In this document: positions 26,182 to 34,230 of the stretch, one piece after another
Position numbering within the stretch: position 1 is the first letter of the stretch
Layout: the number at the start of each line of letters is the position of its first letter
IMG/VR virus record: IMGVR_UViG_3300050821_016647
Coordinates: 32,001 to 96,000 of that record
Strand: one strand, 5' to 3'
Source of the DNA: a virus
Length of the DNA stretch: 64,000 bases
Translations under genes and position numbers: made by a program
The notes under the pieces: generated by a model
The model's database searches: none
Seen by the model: the letters and a program-made list of their open reading frames with translations, nothing else
What the model was told of the DNA's origin: nothing

Positions 26182-27255
26182 CTATCGTTTCTTCTGCTTG
26201 TATCCGCGCAGCTTCAACTTGCCGGCTTCTGCGAAGCTGTAGAACTTCGTCTTGGTGCAAATAATCACGTGATCCATCAGCTCCAAGTTGACAGTCTGGG
26301 ACGCGTCCCGAATCGTCTCGGTCAGGAGCTTGTCCGAGTCCGATGGTTTACACACCGTCGAGGGGTGATTGTGCACTACGATAATCGCTGAAGCGCCTTC
26401 GACGACAGCGATACGTAGAACGTCCGGCACGGGTACATCCACTTTATCGCGAGCGCCGCGAGCGATCTCACTGATCCCGCGGACCATGAGCTGCGAGTCA
26501 ATGAGAATCGCAAGGAAGACCTCCTGGTCCTGCGACATCATGTACTCGCCAACCAACTTGCAGACACTCTTCGGCCCCGTCATCGGACCGATAGCCTTCG
26601 CCGCCGCGAGACACGAGCGAAACCGCTCGGGATCTCGAGCGATACGCACCCACGGCAAGCATTGAGGAGTCCTCGACGCATACGCACCGGTGAGCTCCTT
26701 CGAAAACGGCGTCTCAATGGACTCCTTGATCGCGTACCCTCCCCCCTCACTCGCTGCGAACCGATCGAACACGACCGCGTTGGGTGTCCCCGCTCCTTCA
26801 CACGCGGGTCCGCAGCACGCGACCTGATCCCCGCCGGGCTCCGCTACGGCAAAGAGCGGCTCGCTCGCCGTGTTACCAGTCAGGAGTCGTCCGCGACCTG
26901 CAAACGCGACCTCGGTCCGTTGCGTACCCACGACCGCGACGTCGACAGCGACCTTGCCGTCACAGCCGCAGCCTGGCTTCTTCCCGCCCGAGAACGCCTG
27001 CTCGAGGTTCCCCGCCGCCTCTATAGAGGAGAGCGGCACCGGCCGACCGTACGTCTGCTCGTCGACCGCAAGGCCGCTGAGCTCGTCGGCTTGGTCCGAC
27101 GCGACCCAGCGCTTGGCCTGATCGAACGGCACGCCAACCAGGACCGCTTGGCCGCCGAGGTTCGAAAGAATCCAGGCTCGAGACGTCCCGTCTTTCAAGG
27201 TGAAGACGAGCTGGAGGCGGACAGAATATCCGGGCGTGTTTTCGGAGTGGTTCAT
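26182..27255 (-). CDS. JAB/MPN (RadC-like) metallo-enzyme with long N-terminal extension
   Basis: QEVF...HNHPS...PSDSD...LMDHVII: intact JAMM motif in the C-terminal ~130 aa. Confidence 0.85.
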   Translation of the reverse strand: MNHSENTPGYSVRLQLVFTLKDGTSRAWILSNLGGQAVLVGVPFDQAKRWVASDQADELSGLAVDEQTYGRPVPLSSIEAAGNLEQAFSGGKKPGCGCDGKVAVDVAVVGTQRTEVAFAGRGRLLTGNTASEPLFAVAEPGGDQVACCGPACEGAGTPNAVVFDRFAASEGGGYAIKESIETPFSKELTGAYASRTPQCLPWVRIARDPERFRSCLAAAKAIGPMTGPKSVCKLVGEYMMSQDQEVFLAILIDSQLMVRGISEIARGARDKVDVPVPDVLRIAVVEGASAIIVVHNHPSTVCKPSDSDKLLTETIRDASQTVNLELMDHVIICTKTKFYSFAEAGKLKLRGYKQKKR

Positions 27256-27296
27256 GTCCGCCAGCTTACCCCAGTCCGCGTTCCTGGTCCTCGCCC

Positions 27297-27743
27297 CTAG
27301 TCCGCCGCCGTCATGGCTTCGACGATCGACTTGCCGTCTGCCTCGCCGGTGACAGTCACGCCGCCTCGAGAGGTCACACCGACCGCCGAGTTGGGCGCGT
27401 CGTTCGGGACGAGGCGACCGCAGACGGCCGAACCGTTCTGCGTAACGCGCACCCAGACGCCGTATCCGGTCTCGCCGCCGCGCTCGATCGAGATGATGTC
27501 GCCTTCCTTGAAGCCGACGACGTCCGGGCCGACGCTCATGACGATGTAGCAGGCGTCTTTGGTCTTGTTACCGGGAAGCGCCAGAATCGACTTGTTCGGC
27601 TCGTACGCCGCCTTCTTGCAGAAGAGGAACCCCGGGCCCGCCTGCCACTTGTAGTTGCCCGCCGTCAGGCGGGGGTCCTTCTCCGGCTCGTACGTCCTCA
27701 CGTCGGTCACCGGTGACGTTGTTTTCAAGTCGTCCGTTCCCAT
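27297..27743 (-). CDS. GroES/Cpn10-like co-chaperonin
   Basis: AGGAG RBS; FLFCKK...SILALPGNKTK..YIVMSVGPDV.GFKEGDII parallels GroES RVIVKR..GIVL....GEVLAVG..VKVGDIV. Confidence 0.5.
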   Translation of the reverse strand: MGTDDLKTTSPVTDVRTYEPEKDPRLTAGNYKWQAGPGFLFCKKAAYEPNKSILALPGNKTKDACYIVMSVGPDVVGFKEGDIISIERGGETGYGVWVRVTQNGSAVCGRLVPNDAPNSAVGVTSRGGVTVTGEADGKSIVEAMTAAD

Positions 27744-28110
27744 CGCTCGTCTCCTCTGGCAGTTCTTCGTGTAGCAATCGGTCGTAAAGTCGCTTCGTGA
27801 TGACGTCGAGCTCGATAGCGAGCCAGGCTCGCTCCTTCTCGTCCGCCTTCCCCTTCCATGCATCTTTGAGCGCGGCGTGCCGCAACCTGACAACGTTCTG
27901 TAAGACTCGCAAGTGCTGGATCAGCGCTGGACTCATTTTTCCTCTTCAGTCGATGGCGGCGCCCACTCGGTCCACCACGGCGCCATGATGACAAGATGAA
28001 CAGTCCCTCGCCGACACTGCACGAGAGCTGAAGCCCGAGATGGACGTCGCCATCGACCGAACGAAGCGCGCCCCCGCTGGGAGGTTCAATTCCGACGGGG
28101 GCACACGCTC

Positions 28111-28129
28111 TTGTAATACGAAAGTGTGC
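28111..28129. promoter_or_regulatory. TTGTAATACG-N3-GTGTGC motif at the head of the structural block
   Basis: Exact motif in the intergenic gap; inside a gcacac/gtgtgc inverted repeat. Confidence 0.55.
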
Positions 28130-28135
28130 GGGCCG

Positions 28136-28411
28136 TCAACGGCGAGCGCGAGCGCGCTTCGGAGGCACTTCTTCCTCCTCTTCCTCGTCGTCTTCCTCTT
28201 CCTCTTCCTCGTCCTCTGGGCGCTCGTAGCCAGGCTCGAACCGTTCGAGGTACTCCTCGATCATCTCGTCGGCGAGCGCGACCGCATCATCGAGAACGAC
28301 TTCGAACTTCTTCTTGGGGTTGCCGCCGAGACCGGAGAGCGCCGCAGACGCGAACGCGAGCCACGCTTGACGTTCTTCGAGTTCACTGATGATGCCACCG
28401 AGCTTACTCAT
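28136..28411 (-). CDS. Small protein with long acidic tract
   Basis: ATGA overlap with thyX; EDEEEEEEDDEEEEEE then KRARARR. Confidence 0.75.
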   Translation of the reverse strand: MSKLGGIISELEERQAWLAFASAALSGLGGNPKKKFEVVLDDAVALADEMIEEYLERFEPGYERPEDEEEEEEDDEEEEEEVPPKRARARR

Positions 28412-29289
28412 GACTCCACCATCCACGGTTGAGGAAATAGGTTAGGTGATTGTTCGACCGCGACTTTTCGGAGCTTTCGAGCGAAACGTTGAATCTCGAG
28501 ATCCGCGGCGTTGTTCGCACGCTCCCTTACCAGCTTTGCGATGGCTGCGGGATTGGTAGTCCAAATGAAGCTCGTCTCAGCCTGGTGTGGCAGGAAGCTC
28601 GAGGCAGCTTCGTAGATGCGCTTCTTGTCGAGGCTGGTTGGCTTCTTGCCGTGTGCGATCTCGAATGCGTCGCATTCGCGTGAGACCGCGCCGAGGTAGT
28701 TGGCGTACGCCGACTGCATCGACTCTTTGAAATGCGTTTGCATACGAAGACGATGTGTCTCGTCCGCGTACTCGAACTCGAGACTGGAATACTTCGGTGG
28801 CTCGATGAAGAAACCGTAGTGATGAGTAAAGCGCGTTGACTCCTGCGACGGAGCGCCCTCCTCATCACGGTCGGCACCGACATAGTTGCGGATGATCTCG
28901 TGGCTCACGCGTCGAGAAACGCCCGCAAAGAAGAACGTCATCTTCGCGTGGTAGAGGATGCTGGCGTGCGGGATGTCGCCCTGCTGTGTGTTCTTGATGT
29001 ACTCGGCGTTCGTCTTCTTGCCGGCCTTGAGACCGAACGAGTCGTAGCACTTTCGACCAGCGAGCTCGACGAGCAGCTCGTTGTCCGATAGTCGACGCCC
29101 GTTCTCCATGAACGGATGAGGGAAGAGAGATTCCCAATTACGATTCGGCTCATCAGGCAAGCACTCGGGTCGATGCTTCTCAACCCAGTTCATCATCTCG
29201 GTAATTCCGGACGGAGTGAGCTCCATGGCCGCGATGAGCAAAACCGTCGGGTCGTCCGTGAGAATGGTGACTTTCTTTCCGGTATCCAT
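28408..29289 (-). CDS. thyX: Flavin-dependent thymidylate synthase-like protein (atypical motif)
   Basis: AGRKCYDS, HASILYH, FFFAGVSRRVSHEIIR, SQESTRF, EIQRFA; canonical RHR reads RNY plus an insertion. Confidence 0.8.
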   Translation of the reverse strand: MDTGKKVTILTDDPTVLLIAAMELTPSGITEMMNWVEKHRPECLPDEPNRNWESLFPHPFMENGRRLSDNELLVELAGRKCYDSFGLKAGKKTNAEYIKNTQQGDIPHASILYHAKMTFFFAGVSRRVSHEIIRNYVGADRDEEGAPSQESTRFTHHYGFFIEPPKYSSLEFEYADETHRLRMQTHFKESMQSAYANYLGAVSRECDAFEIAHGKKPTSLDKKRIYEAASSFLPHQAETSFIWTTNPAAIAKLVRERANNAADLEIQRFARKLRKVAVEQSPNLFPQPWMVES

Positions 29290-30410
29290 CAGAACGTGAA
29301 CCTCGACTTCGCCGCCTCTACTGGAGCGGGCGCGGGTGGGGCGAGCGGTGGCGCTGGTAGCGTCGCAGCTGCCTCGCTCGCAGCCTGCAAAAACTCCGGC
29401 TTGTCGTGCTCCGGGTGCATGGCCCACGCGCGAGCGAGGTCGATCTGCATGCTCGTCCATCCCGTGACGGTAACGAGATTCAGCGCGATACCGAGCTTGC
29501 TCAGCTCTGTGACGAGCTGCGACAGGTTCTCCCTCGCTGCGGCTGGATTCTCTTTCGAGACAGCCTTCGTCCCGTTCGAACCTTCGCGCGACGCTTTCAA
29601 CCGCGCAAGCTCATCGGTCGACGTGTCTGGAGCTCGCCCGAGCGCTTCATCGCGCTGCGCTTTGTTCTCCGGCGTCTCGGCGACGGTTCCGTTGGCCGTC
29701 CCGTTCGCTGCTGCCGCTGCCGCCGCAGCTTCCGCCTCGAGCGTCCTCTTGTTCTTCGCGCCCCTCGGTCGTCCCTTCCCTCTTTTTCCGCCTTCGGCTG
29801 ATCCGCCGATGTTGACCGACCAGCAGTTACCGCACTTCTGGCAAGCGACTTCGTGCTGTCCCGGGTTGTTGTCGGGAGGGTCCATCTTCCAGTTTTCGGG
29901 CGGGCACGTGCACGGCTTGAACTTGCCTTCGTTCGCCGCCTCACTGCAAAGCTTCCCTTCTCCCGTGTGTCGATGCGCGGTCTCTCCCGAATACTCGACA
30001 CCTGCATCGCACGCTGCGCAGCCTCCAGCTGGTCTTGGCTCGCTGGGGGCTGGCGGCGGGACTACGACAGGCGGAGCAGCCGGTGGCTCTTGGATGGCAC
30101 GACCATTCGAGACGGGCACTACCACCACGCCACCACCATGGCTCGATCCGACAGTGACGCTCGGAGCTGATGTTGGAGCGATCATGGTCGCGCCCGGGTT
30201 CGCCTTCAGGAAGGCCGCGTTGTCGGCCATGATCTTTTCTCCCTTCTCTTCGATCTCGGCAGCGAGACCTTTCAGGAGAAGAACAACGCACTTGATCGAG
30301 CACGCATCCGCACGAACGGTCTCTCCCCATCCTCCTGCGACGGTGACGCCGCCATTGAAATCGTCGACCAGGTGCTGACACACGTCACACGTCACTACGA
30401 GCTTTCTCAT
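29289..30410 (-). CDS. Multi-Cys (Zn-ribbon) protein with AT-hook-like motif
   Basis: CDVC..ACSIKC, CAAC, CTC..CQKC; KRGKGRPRGAKNK. Confidence 0.7.
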   Translation of the reverse strand: MRKLVVTCDVCQHLVDDFNGGVTVAGGWGETVRADACSIKCVVLLLKGLAAEIEEKGEKIMADNAAFLKANPGATMIAPTSAPSVTVGSSHGGGVVVVPVSNGRAIQEPPAAPPVVVPPPAPSEPRPAGGCAACDAGVEYSGETAHRHTGEGKLCSEAANEGKFKPCTCPPENWKMDPPDNNPGQHEVACQKCGNCWSVNIGGSAEGGKRGKGRPRGAKNKRTLEAEAAAAAAAANGTANGTVAETPENKAQRDEALGRAPDTSTDELARLKASREGSNGTKAVSKENPAAARENLSQLVTELSKLGIALNLVTVTGWTSMQIDLARAWAMHPEHDKPEFLQAASEAAATLPAPPLAPPAPAPVEAAKSRFTF

Positions 30411-30613
30411 CGTTCAAATCCTCCCGCTTTGAGCGCGGCCTCGGCCAGCTCTCGCGTTTTGTAGTAGTTGCTTTCGCGCGAGTAAGGCCCGCACGAGCAG
30501 TATGTCCCGATGTAGTGGCCGGCCGGCGACCGGTACACATCGAGCTTCGGCGTCACGCCGCAGTCGCCACACGTAGCCGCAAAGCCCGTCGCGATGGTCT
30601 CTCCGGGAATCAT
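30407..30613 (-). CDS. Small Cys-containing phage protein
   Basis: CGDC...YIGTYCSCGPYSRESNYY; ATGA overlap. Confidence 0.6.
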   Translation of the reverse strand: MIPGETIATGFAATCGDCGVTPKLDVYRSPAGHYIGTYCSCGPYSRESNYYKTRELAEAALKAGGFER

Positions 30614-30776
30614 CGACCGATCTTCGACTTCAGCTTCGCGCGCTCCCGGCGCAGGCGCTTCTTCGTGAGCCGCCGGTAATAGAGGTGCTCGTTGTACGGG
30701 CGGCCTCGAATCCAAACGCGAAATCCGCCTCGCCATTCGGCGCTCCCACGTGATTTGTTCGGCCTCGTTCCCGCAA

Positions 30777-31016
30777 TCATAGACACCTCCTCATCACCTT
30801 CCCGAATACCCTCATCGCCGTCGATGGACGACTCTTGAGCGAGATCACTCGACGTAGCGTCTCGATATCCTCATCGAGACGCCGCGCGAGCTCTCCTATC
30901 GACATACTTCCGCGACCGTCGCAGCACGGGCACCGAACGGCTAGGTCATAGCCCTCACGAGAGCGTAGGACCCAGCCGAGGTTGCACAGCTCGCACTGAA
31001 ACGGTCGCGCGGTCAC
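30777..31016 (-). CDS. Zn-finger plus helical (HTH-like) protein; paralogue of 36629..37036
   Basis: GTGA-coupled; CELC...CPCCDGRG..GELARRLDED.ETLRR. Confidence 0.65.
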   Translation of the reverse strand: MTARPFQCELCNLGWVLRSREGYDLAVRCPCCDGRGSMSIGELARRLDEDIETLRRVISLKSRPSTAMRVFGKVMRRCL

Positions 31017-31690
31017 GCCTCGGCGGAGGTTGCCGCCGAGGCCGCGCCGTTCGACTCGATGTGCTTGTCGAGGGCCGCGAGCGCCTTCTTCTTGCTCTTC
31101 TTCGGCGCCTTCGACTTCGCTGCACCGTTCGACTTGGCCTTCGCCTTGGCCGGCTTCGCTTTGGCCTTCGCGGGCTTTGCCTTCTTCGGCGCAGCCTTCG
31201 CCTTGGCCTTCGCCTTCGCGGGCTTCGACTTGGCCTTTGGCGCAGCCTTTTTCGCAGGCTTCGCAGCGCTCTTGACCGCGCCGACGGTGTACTCGGTCGC
31301 GCGCTTGTTGCCCTGCTTCTTGAGGCCGAGCTTGTCGAGCGCGTACTGGAGTGGCTTCATCCACTCGCGCTTGTCGATGGCGAGCGCAGCCCTGACGGCC
31401 TCGGCGCGCATGGGGACGCCTGCCTGCTTCACGTAAGCGACGATCTTGCCGGCCATCTCCACGATGTCCTCTTCGGATCGCCGCGCGAGTCGGCCTGACT
31501 TGGCCTTGGCTGGGCCCGGCGGGCGACCACGGCGGGGAGCGCCATTGGTAGCAGTCGCTGCGGTGAGCGACGTCGACTTGCCATACCGGTCGCCAATGAG
31601 GTCTTCGAGCGAACACTCGCGAATGGCGAGCATGACGCTCGCGGCGAACTCGGCTGAGGCTGCTGCGATCTTTTCACGAAGCTGTTCCAT
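31013..31690 (-). CDS. Histone-like/nucleoid DNA-binding protein with AKPAK tail
   Basis: AAGGAG RBS before MEQLREK; RRGRPPG; RRSEEDI...MRAEAVRAAL...KKQGNKRATEY; H1-like K/A/P repeats. Confidence 0.75.
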   Translation of the reverse strand: MEQLREKIAAASAEFAASVMLAIRECSLEDLIGDRYGKSTSLTAATATNGAPRRGRPPGPAKAKSGRLARRSEEDIVEMAGKIVAYVKQAGVPMRAEAVRAALAIDKREWMKPLQYALDKLGLKKQGNKRATEYTVGAVKSAAKPAKKAAPKAKSKPAKAKAKAKAAPKKAKPAKAKAKPAKAKAKSNGAAKSKAPKKSKKKALAALDKHIESNGAASAATSAEA

Positions 31691-31762
31691 GAGTCTTCTC
31701 CTTTTTTGTGGGTCGGCCCCCGTCATAATAACGTGAACCTGGTTATGCAAGAGCTGAAGTGA

Positions 31763-33476
31763 TTATTTCCAGATAACCGGGCGATTTGTTTCCCGATCGA
31801 ACCTCCAAACCTGATTACGATCTCCGTACTTCGGAAATCCGACGAATCCAGGTTGGCCGCGCCAGACCCAGACCATGTCGCGGTGTTGCAGCTCGGCAAT
31901 CACGGAGCGTCCCTGACTCTCTTCGAGATCAAAGAGCTTCGTGAGCTCATTGAGCAGATGGGCAAAGTGGATGTCCACGAGCGTGTGGTGCGGCTCTACC
32001 GGAACGTGCGGATTGATCATTTCACAAACTCCGCGAGTTTCCTCTTGAGATCTTTGTGACGAAACCCGCGAGCCAATAGAAGCGCGCAGCACGTACGGTA
32101 CGTCTGCTCCAATGTATGGTCGCCGAGCTTGTCGAGAGCTTCAATTCCAAACTTCAACTCTCGAGCTCCTTGCAGCGGCAGCTCCCGATTCGCTTTGAAC
32201 GAGTCACGCTCAAGGCAGGCTTTTGTCAGGTCTGTTCTAGCCTGCTGGAGCGCGCTCCTGAGCTCATCACACTCCCGAACGAGCAACTTGATACCTTCGT
32301 CCGTCGTATCCCAGACAAAGATCCTTGCGCGGTTCAGAACGTCTTCGCAGCGCCGAACCTCGCTTCTGAAGTAGTCCATCGAGTCTGCCTCGCCGGCAAG
32401 CTCACGCTTGGACCGAGGTCGATCCGGATACTTCTTCTTCAACCGCTCAGCACATTCAGACGAACAAGCGATCCATCGCGTGTACGCTCGCCCTTCCTTC
32501 GCTTCCGGTTCTGCAATCCATCCAGCTGGCGGATTCGGAGAATTCACTCCGCGGTGACAATCGTCGCAGACCCATCCGTTCATCGCTGCCTCTTTCCAGT
32601 AACCTTTTGCAACTTCTTCTTGAAGCGAGCGGTCTCTCCCCACGCAACCTGCTGTTCTTTCTCCGCCTTGTCGGCTCGCTCGTGCAGTTGCGCCGTGATG
32701 GTCTTGTTGCGCTCGACCTCGCGGTCGTATTCGCGCTTCAGGTAGCGAGCCTCCGACTCCGCAACCAGCGCACGGAGCTCGGCAGCGTAGCGTTTCGCCT
32801 TCTCGGTTGAGATGAACGCGCCAGGCTCCCACGGACACGGGATGTTCCAGAGGCTGTTACTGGTCCCCAAACTCGACGGCTTGTCTCCGAGCGGGCGTGC
32901 CGAAGAGATGCGCGCGTCCATGTCGTCCTGGCTCAAGATTTCCATCCCTTTCTAGGCCCCAAGAATTTCCTTCATCTTCAGCTCGCCGACGGCCTTGCGA
33001 ATCTTCGCAATGTCGCCCTCGAGCTTGCGAGTCGAAGCCCGCGACGCATCGAGGTCGGTCCTGGCGCTGTCGCGAGCACGTTGCATTCGCTCCAGCTCGT
33101 CCTTCATGATCATGTCCAACTTTTTGGCTTCCTCGAGCCCCTTCATTGCCTTGGTCATTTCGCTTACTGCGGTCACGGCCGCCTGCTTATTTGCCCGCAC
33201 GTCCACGGCAGCTTTGGCAAGGGCGCTATCCTCGTCGAGCTGCATAACGAACTTCGTCAACGTGCTCGGCTTGTAGACCGTGTACTGAATTGGACTGTAT
33301 CGGTTCTGCTCGTCCGGGGGCTTCTGTTCGTTGCACGGAAGATGCATCGTCTCCTGGTAGAAAGCGACGACAGCCCACCCCTCCTGACTCAGAAGGTCGA
33401 CTTGATTTTCACAGACAACTCGTGTCAGCCCGTCCAACGGCTTGTCGAACACTACGGATCCTTCGGGTGTTTTCAT
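31763..33476 (-). CDS. Four coupled hypothetical genes (31763..32020, 32017..32583, 32580..32945, 32952..33476)
   Basis: ATGA overlaps; 32017..32583 has CDDC..GW..ACSSEC; the others are coiled-coil rich. Confidence 0.65.
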
Positions 33477-33631
33477 CGTTTCCTCCTTAGTCGTCTACGA
33501 AACCCTCAGGCGGCGGTCCCGTTCTCCGGTCGAGAGAGAAACGGGACCGAGAGGCAGGTCACGCTCGCAGACTTGGCACGCAAGCGCCGTTCGCCTCTTA
33601 CCCAGGTGTCAAAGGGTTTCCGCCGGAATCA

Positions 33632-34030
33632 TCAGTACCGCCTGCCCCGCGTCTGCTCGCGATGAATCTCTTCGATGGCTTTGGGGACTGATTCTTTCAC
33701 GGCCCGCGCGATCTCGTTTTGAACCTCGACCAACACTTTGGCTTCGATCTCGGGCAAAACCTCCTTGACCTTAGCGACGATGCGCGCGTGCATTCCGCTC
33801 GTTTGCAGAGCCTCCACGATAGCGGGCCGCATCGCTTCAGCAATCAGGTGTGTATCCCACTGAACCGACTCGATGAGCTTGTCGGCGAGCTTCTGCCGGT
33901 ACTCCGGCGAGGCGTCCGTCCACGCCTGCCGAATGAGCTGGGCGAGACCCTGCGAGCCGGCGATCTCGCGCGTGAGCTCGACGATGCGCGAGGCGGCCTG
34001 TTGCTCTTGCGTGGGGTAGTTGTTGTTCAT
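33632..34030 (-). CDS. Helical hypothetical protein
   Basis: ATGA-coupled to 34027..34230. Confidence 0.6.
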   Translation of the reverse strand: MNNNYPTQEQQAASRIVELTREIAGSQGLAQLIRQAWTDASPEYRQKLADKLIESVQWDTHLIAEAMRPAIVEALQTSGMHARIVAKVKEVLPEIEAKVLVEVQNEIARAVKESVPKAIEEIHREQTRGRRY

Positions 34031-34230
34031 TCGGGCAGCGCCGCGCGCACGGCGGCGTCCTTTCCTTCGAGGAGCTTACGCAACGCGACCGTGCGCTCGG
34101 CGTTCCGTGGCAGCGTCTGCACGAGATGCTCAGCGAGATCTGCGAACGGCTTGGAAACCGCTCGCAGCTTATCGTCCAGGTGCGTGTACGAGAAGAACCT
34201 CATGATGGGGTCGATGTTCGGGGTGTTCAT
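34027..34230 (-). CDS. Small helical-hairpin protein, possible Acb2/Tad1-like nucleotide sponge
   Basis: FFSYTHL...LPRNAERTVALRKLLEGKDAAVRA; family link is from recall only. Confidence 0.35.
   Translation of the reverse strand: MNTPNIDPIMRFFSYTHLDDKLRAVSKPFADLAEHLVQTLPRNAERTVALRKLLEGKDAAVRAALPE

Noticed and set aside
27568-27936. 122-aa ORF at the head of the structural block
   Set aside because: First ~60 aa look plausible, but it overlaps the GroES-like gene by about 175 nt; not confidently called
28069-28104. tRNA-like GGTTCAATTCC T-loop inside a gcccccg/cgggggc hairpin
   Set aside because: T-stem has two mismatches and no D arm, anticodon arm or matching 5' acceptor strand is found; treated as a plain hairpin
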